NCBI GenBank assembly: GCA_964016885.1
Contig: OZ024755.1
Span: forward strand, 20,274,001-20,338,000
From: Eledone cirrhosa
Lineage: Eukaryota
Length of the DNA: 64,000 bases
Reading direction: 5' to 3'
Of the stretch, positions 28,141 to 40,320 are shown piece by piece. Numbering within the stretch: the first letter of the stretch is position 1; every line of letters starts with the position of its first letter. The notes under the pieces were generated by a model. The model was not told the origin of the DNA and searched no databases. It saw only the letters and a program-made list of their open reading frames with translations. The translations under genes and the position numbers were made by a program.

Positions 28141-28559
28141 TGCCCCTCTCTCCCTGTAGCCCTGTTACATCGCTTCTAGACATACTTCTACGGCCCCTTT
28201 TCGGTATTCTCATTCAACTAACATTACTGCCAATCACATCACTATACCTGCCAAGCCTCATCTCCTCAATCATACTACATCATACTCTCACACATTCACT
28301 CTCAAAATTCACAAATAAAACGCTATTCGTTATTCTAGAGCTGGAAATATTCAACACAACTGCCAGGTTGTAAATCCATCAAGCCTCCAATTACGGTCTA
28401 AAATTCCTTTGTTTAAGAATATTCTTTAACTAAAAAGAATTAATCTTTGGTGGTCTGATTTTTTTCGATTCTATATTTTGTAGAATATATCTGTATGAGC
28501 CGAACTATCTCCACTCTGTCTTTGGCATCCAGCCGGATCATCCGTTGGAGACGGTTATT

Positions 28560-28785
28560 TTTGACAGGACCTGTTGGAAGGACTGTTTGAGGACTCCTTT
28601 TTAACCTGGCGGAGCCCAGTCCCTCTCCAGATCTGAATACAGCAAAACATTTCTTCCAGAGAAGGAGAGAGTGAGAGAGAGAGGAAGTGAGAAAGAGATA
28701 TATAGGGAGAAACGACCCCAGTACTGCTAGACTGCTACTTTTTTGTCGACCTTAAATGGATGAAAAGCAAAGTTGACCTCGAAAA
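28560..28785 (-). mobile_element. SINE family B fragment
   Basis: CCCTCTCCAGATCTGAATACAGC...GAGAAAGAGATATA...GACCCCAGTACT...GGATGAAAAGCAAAGTTGACC, homologous to 7750-7960. Confidence 0.7.
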
Positions 28786-29420
28786 CACAATACTACGCTC
28801 CTGCAAACAAGAGACTTTCTTAATGATCAATTGTTTGGCTAGAAATAACAATAATATCTCTTATGACATGAAACTTCCTTCTCCAGCCGACATGAAGTTA
28901 CCATCTCTCTCCGACATGAAGCTAACTTCTGTCTCTCCGATATAAAGCTGACTTCTCTCTCTCTTATATGAAGCTACCTTCTTAAATAGCAAAAGAATCC
29001 ATTAGATATTATATTTCTAGTTGTAGCGGAAATGCAGCATTATTTCACTATTGAGATTCTATGGGAAAAACGGAACATAAATAGCACTTACAATTAGAAA
29101 CGTTTGAAATTTACCCAAACACTTTAATGTATTCTGCATACGTTACTTTTAAGGACATTAGTGAATTGTAACAAAGATAAATATCATTATTTAAACACTG
29201 CACGTACACATACACATATGCACCCACACAACAAAGACACACGTACACATATACACCCACATAAACACACACACGTACACATATACACCCACATAAACAC
29301 ACACACATATGCACCGACGCAAACACAGACATGTACACATGCACCCATGCACATACACTCACATGAACCTACGCAAACATACACATTCACCCACACAATA
29401 TACACATATGAACACACAAA

Positions 29421-29454
<34 letters not shown>

Positions 29455-29499
29455 CGTATACACACACAAATATATGTATGTATATATAAGTGCATACAC

Positions 29500-29545
<46 letters not shown>

Positions 29546-30245
29546 AATATATATATATGTACATATTCACACACACACACACAACATCCAGAATTCCGTG
29601 ACTAACACTCCAATGAAAGGCTCATAAAACATTAAATAAACCTCCATGTATTGGACGTGCTTTAGCATGTTATTTCAAAGCTGGTAATAATAATAATAAT
29701 AGAAACTTATGAGAAAATAAGGGGAAATAATGATGAAATATTTTAAGCTAATACAATATTTTGTGGTTCATGTTATATGCTAGAAAGAAAATAAAACTAT
29801 TTTTTTAAGGTTATGCATGTGTGTATATTAGAGTGGGTTATTATGTATTTATACGTTTAAATTTCAATCAGAAAAAAGTTACATAAGTTCATTCAATTAT
29901 TTTCTCTTTCAGACTCGTTCATAATATTCCAACATATAAAAAAGAAAATACTATGAATAACAGGAATACGAATATTAATAATTAATGCTGTAGAACACGT
30001 TAATCAGAACTTATATAAGTGTGTACTGACAGCTATTTTCCTAGTGTCTGCAGATTTATAAGATAGAATGTACACAATATAAAAACGTTTGACCCAAAAA
30101 TAAACTTAACTGCGTATTATAATTATATATATATATATATATATATATAGTGGTAAGAACTCAAAGGAGAACTTCACAGCAGACGGTCTTCAGAGTAGAA
30201 CCCCCCAGTAGAACCTTCTACCGATACTGCCAATCCACCGCATTA

Positions 30246-30281
<36 letters not shown>

Positions 30282-30375
30282 AAAGTTATATTTACTGCCA
30301 GCTTAACCTCTTCAAATGCAAGTCGGTGTTATAACGGTATGTCGAATCTATTTATCTATAAAACTGTTTATATTG

Positions 30376-30441
30376 TATTTTGTCTGAGGAAGGCATAGCA
30401 TATTGTTAATATGATATCCCCGAAATATATATAATGAAATA
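30376..30441 (+). ncRNA. Type I hammerhead ribozyme, AUA family copy 2
   Basis: TATTTTGT-CTGAGGA-AGGCATAGCATATT/GTT/AATATGATATCCCC-GAAA-TATATA-TA-ATGAAATA. Confidence 0.75.
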
Positions 30442-30624
30442 AATATGGTTTTATAAATATAGTTTCCATTTATTTAATATTGTATATATATATATATATA
30501 TATATTAAACAAGCAAATTATAAATGTAAACATGTAAGTATGTTTTTGAAACGGTGCGCGAGTTTGAAAATTAGAAATTAGAAATTATAAGCTTTCACCG
30601 TATTTTAGACTAAAGAAATTTCTA

Positions 30625-30736
30625 GCCTGATAGTGGGGTTTATAACCCTCGGAGAAATGGAAAAAGATGAGTGTTGCCGTACGGCAACACTCATCTTTTT
30701 CCATTTCTCCGAGGGTTATAAACCCCACTATCAGGC
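30625..30736. repeat. Perfect 112-bp palindrome with no spacer
   Basis: GCCTGATAGTGGGG...GTTGCCGT|ACGGCAAC...CCCCACTATCAGGC, centre between 30680 and 30681. Confidence 0.95.
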
Positions 30737-31517
30737 ATATATATATATAGACACACACTCACATAAAGAGAAATATCACTAGCTATATCTTTATCAATTC
30801 AAATCTACAATCATACAAAAGGTGATTGCATTATTAGATAATACCATCGTGATATTATCGTCTAGATTATCTCCAGATGTTGGATTTAGGGTCAGACAGC
30901 AGTACCAACTCTAGGGTGATTTAAAACAAAGATAACTTTTATTGAATAAAATATATTAAGAAAATGTACGAAATTGATAAGAAAATGTACGAAATTGATA
31001 AGAAAATCAGATTAGAATGAATTGGTTTTTCGTTTTTTGTTATAACGTTATGAAGTCAGCCATGATTGAGAAGATCTCTGATCAATAGCATGCTAGTCAT
31101 GATTTTGAATAGCACCACCCAGTCTTTTCTTTTTAAGAACTGGTGGTCTCCAAGATGTCGATACCGCCCCTATGAGTCTATAGGCCTACCTAGCGGTCAC
31201 TTGAACTTTTGAGTCAAAGTCTGACATTTGTATGAGAAACGAAAATATAAAAAAAATAATAATGCAATAATAGATTTCTGATTTATATAATATAATTAGT
31301 CGTCAATGTCTAATTTATATTCTGTTATACACTGGTTTATTTATTTAAATAATTTTGTTGTACTTGCCCGGGGATCGACAAGGGGTCAAACATTCCAGCT
31401 CAAGGTTAACGGTCTGATTAGTTCAGGCAGCACTGTGCTTTTGTCTGATACATGTCCATGGTAAAGTACATCTCGCATAGAACGGATAGTTGCGTACTTA
31501 CGTTATTTTAGATAAAT

Positions 31518-31948
31518 GGCGGTGGATTGGCAGTATCGGTAGAGCGTCAGACACGATGCTTTGCAACATAGAGTTATGGCCCTTTACTTTCTGAGTTCAA
31601 ATCCCGCCGAGGTTAACTCTGCCTTTCATCCTCACGGGGTCGATCAAATAAAGCACCATTAACGTACTGGGTCAATTTAATCGACTTTCCCACATCCCCC
31701 CAAATTACTGGCCTTGTGCCTATACTAGAAATCATTATTATAACTCATAATAGAAGGGCGGTGGATTGGCAGTATCGGTAGAGGGTCGGACGCCATGCTT
31801 TCCAGCATAGTTACGTCCCTTTACGATCTGAGTTCAAATCCCGCCGAGGTCGACTTTGCCTTTCATCCTTACGGGGTAGATAAAATAAAGTACCAGTAAT
31901 GCACTGGGAATAATTGCTGGCCTTGTACCTAAAGTAGAAACAATTATT
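31518..31948 (+). mobile_element. Two head-to-tail SINE family A copies
   Basis: The second copy is flanked by the direct repeat ATTATTATAACTCATAAT. Confidence 0.9.
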
Positions 31949-32057
31949 ATAACTCATAATTTTAGCCTTTTGTTAGTCGTGAGCAAATTGATATTTTATG
32001 AACGGCGTTCCATATATGACCATTCCTTATTTTTGTATATCCTATATATTTAGCAAG

Positions 32058-32520
32058 TGGCGTCAAATTAGCAGAATCATTAGAACGATGGATAGAATAC
32101 TTTGAGGTATTCGTTTCCGCTCTCTGAGTTCAAATCCCACCGACGTCAACTTTGCCTTTCATCCATTCAAGATCGATAAAAAAGTACCAGTCTAGTACTG
32201 ATGTCGATTCTTTCTCTATATCTCTTTCTCACTTCCTTTCTCTCACTCTCTATCCTTGTCAGGAAAAAAATCTGATATATTCAGACCTGGAGAGGAGACG
32301 GGCTCTGCCAGGTTTAAATAACTGTTTTTACTTTTGGCACAAGGCCAGCAATTACCCCAGTGTATTACTGGTTCTTTATTTTATCGACTCCGTAAGGATG
32401 AAAGGCAAATTTAACGTCGGCGGGATTTGAACTCAGATCATAAAGGCCAGGTTTAAATAATGCCCTAGAAACGCCGTATATAATACGGCACCCCAACGAC
32501 TTCAAGAGTTACAGGACCGT
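32058..32520 (+). mobile_element. SINE family B interrupted by a minus-strand family A fragment
   Basis: The A fragment (about 32320-32445) is flanked by the 15-bp TSD GCCAGGTTTAAATAA (32307-32321 and 32446-32460). Confidence 0.8.
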
Positions 32521-33503
32521 GCCATGCCATATACTTAGCAGTAAGTACGCTTTGCGGAGGATATTTGACTGCTATTTCTAACAGGTTATTGTAATAACTA
32601 AATATCTTAATGCAATACTATGACAGATAAGAAGCTTTTGTTTACTGCATTTAGATCTTACATTAGTATATGCATAGAATATACGCATATAAAACATATG
32701 CACAGCTATTTTATTCACATAAAATGCATTGGATGATGTACAAACACCCTAAAACCAATATTTACCCAAGCCCAGTCTCATGTACACCTGCACATAAACA
32801 TGTATGACAATCACTTAAAGAAACTTTCCAAGAGACAGAAACACTACATTATTTTGTTACGAAAAAAGCAATAGATTATTTCATTACTCAATACAAGCAG
32901 TTCATTGCAATAATAAGAGCTGACATTGAATTCATTGTACACTACAAATAGCAAACAACTGTAAACACAGTTACATATATTACACAGATTTTGTAAATGA
33001 ATCGTCATGGAACTCGGCTTAGAAAAATGCGACCATGAAGAATTCAAGACAGGAAAATGAATAAACATCACGTATATCATGTTACACAGAGATACGTGCA
33101 AGAGACTAAAAACAGACTTAGAAATACTTGCGAATTAATGAACTAGTTGGAGTTTCGAAACACAAAAGTAAAGAACAATGTTAGAAAGAAATATAATAGA
33201 TGCATTAGATTAAAAGTTAAAATAGAACTAAATGTAAAGAATGGGTGATAAACATCAATACTGTTTCAGTTGTAGAAATAAAGAAACATGTAAGACTTAT
33301 GAAATTCTCCACAGGAAGTTAAGTGAATTAACAAGGCGAGACAGTGAATGAAGAAACAAAACAAAACAGTAAGGACTTCATTTAGAAGATAGCACGCGAA
33401 TTATATATGCGAGTGTGAAGTGTGTGTGCACGCGTGTATGCCCATGTGTGGGTGTGTGGGTGTGGTGTGTGGTGTGTGGTGTGTGGTGTGTGGGTGTGGG
33501 TGT

Positions 33504-33547
<44 letters not shown>

Positions 33548-34482
33548 TTCTGTTTGTATAGCGTTTTCTTACCGTTACATCATCTCTCAACGTTCTTTTC
33601 TCTTCTGACAGTTTTTCTCTCTTTCCAGCAACACTTGTTACCTCTTCTACATGCCGCACACCATGTTTTCTCTTTTCTTCTGCCTCATTATTCCCAGTTC
33701 ATATTGCCTTCCTATTCCCCTCAATAACTGTTGACATTTTACCAATTTTCAATGAACGATTCTCTCCAAAACGTTATACTTCTTTTCCTAACGGCATAAA
33801 CTACATTCCAGTTTAAATTAGTTGAGTTCTTAAAATCTGTACAACTCTCCATAATAAAACATTATGACCGTAATGTCCAGTCTTGCTCCAGTTTTAATCT
33901 AATGACATTAGAACCTCTGTTTGGTTCTCTTGAGCCATCGATTCATCTGCTATCAACATTTTTTTGTACGGAGGTTTTGGTATGTCGTGGCTAAAGAAGT
34001 TGACACATATCCTAACGTTGCGACATCTACATAAAATTTGTGAAGATTTGAGGGCAATATTTGCGAAGCATCCACTGTTACAGATCATGTTTTTAAACGG
34101 AGTTGGAACCCTCACATCTGGAAACGTTCCAGGTGTTCACATTGAGTTACACAATGCAGTCGTTGGAACGGCTATTTTATCATTCTTTCGAAGGTTCCTG
34201 ATGCTTATGATAAGAGTCAATTTTCTCGTGAAGACCTAAGGTTCCGACGATATACATACTGCTAACTTATATCGGGTGATGTTATATCCAGGGACTTAAA
34301 CACTTCCAGGAATACCTAGCAGGTCAGTGGTAATAGGAATAGGAACGACCTTTTGTTCGAGATAAGCTTTGTAGTTAAGCAAAGTATCCTCAATGAATTT
34401 GTCTGGAATGCGTGGAGAGCGACGAAATTGCTTTTCAATGAGTATTGGAGTCGTGTCAAGCGGTCATTATCGAATGTAGAAA

Positions 34483-34672
34483 GGGCGGTGGATTGGCAGT
34501 ATCGGTAGAGGGTCGGACGCCATGCTTTCCAGCATAGTTACGTCCCTTTACGATCTGAGTTCAAATCCCGCCGAGGTTGACTTTGCCTTTCATCCTTACG
34601 GGGGTCGATAAAATAAAGTACCAGTAATGCACTGGGTAATTGCTGGCCTTGTGCCTAAAGTAGAAACAATTA
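34483..34672 (+). mobile_element. SINE family A with TSD
   Basis: Full consensus, flanked by TTATCGAATGTAG on both sides. Confidence 0.92.
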
Positions 34673-35295
34673 TCGAATGTAGGAAGGATCCGCTTCCTGG
34701 TGGAATGCCTTGTATATATCACACCACCACCCTCCTTCAGCAAGAAAGGCCAAGTAAATTTAAACTTTTACGTGACTGTGATATAGTGACAGAATTTGTA
34801 AGTATAGCATTTTTGTGGACTGTAATATAGCAGTTGAATCAAACTTGCTCTAATATGCAATTCAAAAAAAGGCTCGGATGAACGAGCTGAGAGAATGTAC
34901 GAGGTTTCACCACGAGAACAAAGCAAGTAATAGTTGGCAGAAGGATATGAAAATAGTGAGGACTCTCCGGACGGTACGGTAATATGTTTACAAATGGCAC
35001 CCACCCTTCGAGGAAAGCTATTTCTACAACCACGGCTTCAAATATTAGAGCTGTTAGTATGTAACACAATTTCAACGTAAAACAAAAAGGTAAAATGTGT
35101 GTAAAGTTATTTTAATGCTTCTATAAATATATCTTCGTTGATGCCAATGAAACAAAAAGAATAAATAATTTAAAGAATAGAATAAAGATATTCTGATTTG
35201 TGTTTTCTTTTTAATTTAAGGGTAACTATAGCCGATACAAATATGGCGCTTATACTTAAACGTACGAGCATACATACATACACATAAATACATAC

Positions 35296-35330
<35 letters not shown>

Positions 35331-36284
35331 TATACATACATACATACATAATGTGGTCCTGGAATTCCAAGCCAAGGTATCTCTTTCTATTTCCTTTCTA
35401 GCTGTTTAAAATTATATAGAAAAACAAGAAATTGAAAGAAAGAAAGAAGGAAGAATAGTTTTGGCAATCTTGCCAGGATTATGTTTTTAATGAAGAAATA
35501 TTTTCTGTATTGTTTAAATATTACTCTCACTTTTTAGGCTTTTTTCCTCTAAGAAATTGAAAATAATCTTAGATTTTGAAAACAAATATTAATATAACTT
35601 AGTCAGACAGTATATAACCTCGTTGGTTTAAGAAAATTAAAAATAAAAGTATGTTTGAATTTATTTTAAGGTTACTAAACATTGTTTATCTTAGCAGAGT
35701 TCTATAATGAAAACATAAAAAGAAATCTAGCATTATGCTGCAATAAATTGAGCCATTGTCTCTATTATATAGTTTTGAAGATTATTTGAAGCAATAAAGT
35801 ATAACATCGTAAAGATTTAGTATACTTTGTGTGACTGCATTTGGGCTGTTCTTACGACAACGTTCTTGTAAAAATGTAGCTGGTTTGTATAAGGTATAAG
35901 AGCAAATAGAGATTAAAATAAGGGCATCTGAATTGTGCATAGTAAGCAGTTAGCTTTTAAAAGTACAGTTTTATTTTTATAAGTACATCTGGCGTTGAGA
36001 AGTACAACCAAATTTTAAAAGTACAGCGTGGTTATGAAACAAGAGCAGCTAAAGTTTACAAGTGCAGTATATTTTTACAAGTGCGGCTTGTAGTCACGAA
36101 ATTAGATGCTTGAAAATAATAATTGTAAAAAAACATCAACCTGAACATCAATCCACATCCCCAAACATTAATTGGAAATGTATTCCAGACCCAAACTCTA
36201 AAAATTGGAAAGTTAGAATATAATACAAGTCAAATGCATGACATAAACAAAAAGAAGTATATAGCATCCCAGTGGTTGGGGCAT

Positions 36285-36720
36285 TATATTTCTGTTGGTT
36301 TGTGTGAGAGGTGAGAATTTTGTTTTGGTTTGTGTGAGAGGTGAGAATTATCTGTTGATTTGTGTGAGAGTTGAGAATTATCTGTTGATTTGTGTGAGAG
36401 TTGAGAATTATCTGTTGATTTGTGTGAGAGTTGAGAATTTTCTGTTGATTTGTGTGAGAGTTGAGAATTTTCTGTTGATTTGTGTGAGAGTTGAGAATTT
36501 TCTGTTGATTTGTGTGAGAGTTGAGAATTTTCTGTTGATTTGTGTGAGAGTTGAGAATGTTCTGTTGATTTGTGTGAGAGTTGAGAATTTTCTATTGATT
36601 TGTGTGAGAGTTGAGAATTTTCTGTTGATTTGTGTGAGAGTTGAGAATTTTCTGCTGATTTGTGTGAGAGTTGAGAATTATCTGCTGATTTGTGTGAGAG
36701 GTGAGAATTTTGCTTTGGTT
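36285..36720. repeat. 30-bp minisatellite, about 14 copies
   Basis: Unit TCTGTTGATTTGTGTGAGAGTTGAGAATT(T/A). Confidence 0.97.
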
Positions 36721-37259
36721 TTTCATTGATTTTTAAGGAAAAATAAAAGATGTTCCAACGACTCCTCCATCAACTTCCCTAGATGCAGCTCTACGTAGGA
36801 CAAGAGATATCACTCCATCCATGGACACAAATGTCGATGACCAAGAGATCCATTTTCATGTCATAACTAGTAAAACTACATCAACGGCTTATGATGAGAA
36901 GTTAGCAGCTAGAGAGGTGTGACAAATGCTGACAGGTAGCAAATAATAAATATGCCCTTCCCAACTAAAGAAAATGAGTTCACATTGAAAGATCCTAAAA
37001 CACAGGAAAGGAGACGCCAAAATGAATAAACGCATGTGTAGATACAGAAACATAGGCACGTCTGCACGTATATATAACTCAAAACAGCTCCATACATGCA
37101 ATAACATCCATACATTGCACACACACACACAAACACCCATGCACACACACATATATATATATACACGTATTTGAGTAGTTGACGCGTTCTAAATTCAAAT
37201 GAAAGTCTACTTTCTATGTTAGCACGCAGTTCTATCTCTCTATTAGCGGAAATTTATAA

Positions 37260-37448
37260 AATAATTGTTTCTACTTTTGGCACAAGGCCAGCAACTACCC
37301 AGTACATTACTGGTACTTTGTTATCGACCCCGTAAGGATGAAAGCAAAGTTAACCTCGACGGGATTTGAACTCAGACAGTAAAGGGACGTAACTGTGCTG
37401 GAAAGCATAGCGTCCGACCCTCTACCAATACTGCCAATTCACCGCCCT
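37260..37448 (-). mobile_element. SINE family A
   Basis: Reverse complement of the consensus. Confidence 0.9.
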
Positions 37449-37515
37449 TATAAAATAATAATACCAGAACATACATAGTGTCCCTATAGGAAAAGACAAG
37501 ACGCAGCACACACAT

Positions 37516-37564
<49 letters not shown>

Positions 37565-37604
37565 GTGTATACATATATATTCCCATATCTTTATATAAAC
37601 ACAC

Positions 37605-37639
<35 letters not shown>

Positions 37640-38514
37640 CGAGGTGTGTCAGTAAAGTTCCAGGACTGATGTCAAAAGATTTATTTCAAACCCAAATTTC
37701 ACACTAAGAGTTTCCTCCTTCAAAGTAAGAGTCTAAAGCACTTTTCCATCCTTTTCTGCCACGCATGCATGCACTCCTGGAAGGATTCTTCCGGGATCCT
37801 CCGCAGTTCCGTCGTCACGGCCTTTTTGCTATCGTTCACGTCTTCAAAACGGGTCCCCTCCGGGTCGTACTCGAAGATCCATGACTGATAACCGGTGATG
37901 ACTGTCCCTAGCAAGTCTGGTTCGGTTTCAAGACGCTCGAGGATGTCCTGGCACACTTGCATGCGTCGACCCTTCTGGTCATCGTTCAGCAGTGTTGGCA
38001 CCATCTTCGCGCAGACTTTCCGCATGTCCAAATCTTCAGTGAGAATCTTCCAGACGCTGTCCCGATTCATGCCCATCTCATTTGCCATCAGTGGAACAAT
38101 CAGCCGACGATTGCTACGCACCATCTGCCTGACACGCTCAACGTTGACCTCAGTCCTGTTTGTTGAGGGTGAGCGCTCCTGGGGTTATCTTGCACCACTC
38201 AAAAACACGTGAGCGTGACATCGTCTCATCTCCACACACTTGCTGCAGCAATCCCAGTGCTTCTGACGGAGTTTTCCCCAACCGTACCAGAAACTTCAAG
38301 TTTGTTCGTTGCTCTGTGCTCATTGCTTGACGACCTGAAACAGAGGACATGTATATAAAATTATGAAGAAAAAGGTTTGATCGCTGCAGAGAGCTAAGAT
38401 TACAGTTACATACTCCAGGGGGATTACTTTGAATGAGAAAACTCTTAGTTAGAAATTTGGGTTTGAAATAAATCTTTTGTGACATCAGTCTTGGAACATT
38501 TCTGACACACCTCG
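37640..38514 (-). mobile_element. Mariner DNA transposon, internally deleted
   Basis: TA-flanked TIRs CGAGGTGTGTCAG...TTTATTTCAAACCCAAATTT at both ends, inserted in a TA run. Confidence 0.92.
37720..38323 (-). pseudogene. Mariner transposase remnant
   Basis: MSTEQRTNLKFLVRLGKTPSE...MSRSRVFEWCK (HTH), a frameshift, then DLDMRKVCAKMVP and ITGYQSWIFEYDPE fused directly to the C-terminal GTRFEDV...WQKRMEKC. The catalytic core is deleted. Confidence 0.9.
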
Positions 38515-38864
38515 TATATATATACATATACACACACACACACATATATATACATATATATGTATGTAAATACGTTGTTTTTATGCAATCATGATATTCC
38601 AATGTAAGACGGATAATGTACAGAATGTGTGTTTGTATGTATGTATGTATGTATGTATGTATTTTCTGTTAATTAGCTTGTATTGTATTCTGTCAAATAA
38701 TCTCGAATTTTCTCACAATTTCTCTGTAAATAACGCTGATTATATTATATTCAATAGCTCGTTATATATATTTTTATGCAACTCATGTGTTTCCTCCCGT
38801 GTAAATCATCAAATTGTTTAGTAGCAAAATGATGACAACATGATTATGTTTCTACTGTTGACCT

Positions 38865-40320
38865 AATAGTGGTTTCTTATATAGGCACTAGGCCAGCAAT
38901 TTTGGGGGAGGGGAAAGTCGATTAAATCGACCCCAGTGCGTGACTGGTACTTTATTTTATCGACCCCGTAAGGATGAAAAGCAAAGTTAACCTCGGCGGG
39001 ATTAGAACTCAGATCATAAAGAGCCTATGCTGCAAAGCATGGTGTCCGACCCTCTACCGATACTGCCAATCCATCGCCCTTACTGTTGACCTAATAGTAT
39101 TTGACGAAAATATTCTTCTAAATTATTTTCAGTTATCGTCTATCTTCAGATAACATTATTGATCAATAGAAAATACAAATTCTTTATAGGCATATAAAAA
39201 CATAATGAACGAGTATCAATCTTGGAGATCCCTCATTTTTTTTTTTTTTTTTTTTTTTTTATTATTATTATTGGAAATTTCCGCAGAAATTATTCATTTT
39301 GAGGGCTTGTTATGTCTGTGGAAGGTCATATTACATATAATAGTGAATCAAAAATAATTGTTTCTACTTTAGGCACAAGGCCAGCAATTATCAGTACATT
39401 ACTGGTACTTTATTTTATCGACCCCGTAAGGATGAAAGGCAAAGTTAACCTCGGCGGAATTTAAACTCAGATCATAAAAGGGACGTAACTATGCTTCAAA
39501 AATAATTGTTTCTACTTTAGGCACAAGGCCAGCAAAATTACTCAGTGCATTACTGGTACTTTATTTTATCGACCCCGTAAGGATGAAAGGCAAAGTCAAC
39601 CTCAGCGGGATTTGAACTCAGATCGTAAAGGGACGTTGCTGGAAAGCATGGCGTCAGACCCTCTACCGATACTGCCAATCCACGTGTAATTATGTATTTC
39701 TCTGATGAGAACAATGCAATGAAGAATGTTGAGACAGACAGGGTCCCCTGAGACGTGTCTGCAATATCTCCAACAATACATTTTTATGAGCTTAGGTGCT
39801 TCCTTCTACTAGTACTAGTACTGCGGTAACTTTAGCAGCAAAAGAAGGAAAGTGTGTTTGAAAACAAATGATTATAGTGTATTTGTAAATGAATAATTGT
39901 TACTCTGCCATATTCGGAGAACATAACATATATAATTGTTTCTACTTTTGGCACAAGGCCAGCAATTACCCAGTGCATTACTGATACTTTATTTTATCGA
40001 CCCCGTAAGGATGAAAGGCAAAGTTAACTTCGGAGGGATTTGAACACAGACCATAAAGGGACGTAACTCTTTCCTGCAAAGCATGGCGTCCGACCCTCTA
40101 CCGATACTGCCAATCCGCCGCCCTATAACATATATAATTGTTTCTATTTTAGGCTCAAGGCCAGCAAATACCCAGTACATTACTGGTACTTTATTTTATC
40201 GACTCCGTAAGGATGAAAGGCAAAGTTAACCTCGGCGGGATTTGAACTCAGATATTAAAGGGACGTAACTCTATGCTTCAAAGCATGGTGTCCGACTCTC
40301 TACCGATACTGCCAATCCAC
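38865..40320 (-). mobile_element. Cluster of five minus-strand SINE family A copies
   Basis: Copies at about 38865-39080 (TSD TACTGTTGACCTAATAGT), 39353-39497, 39503-39683, 39932-40123 and 40134-40320. Confidence 0.9.

Noticed and set aside
39702-39740. CTGATGAGAACA...TGTTGAGA as a hammerhead
   Set aside because: GAAA is absent and there is no stem I or III. Likely chance.
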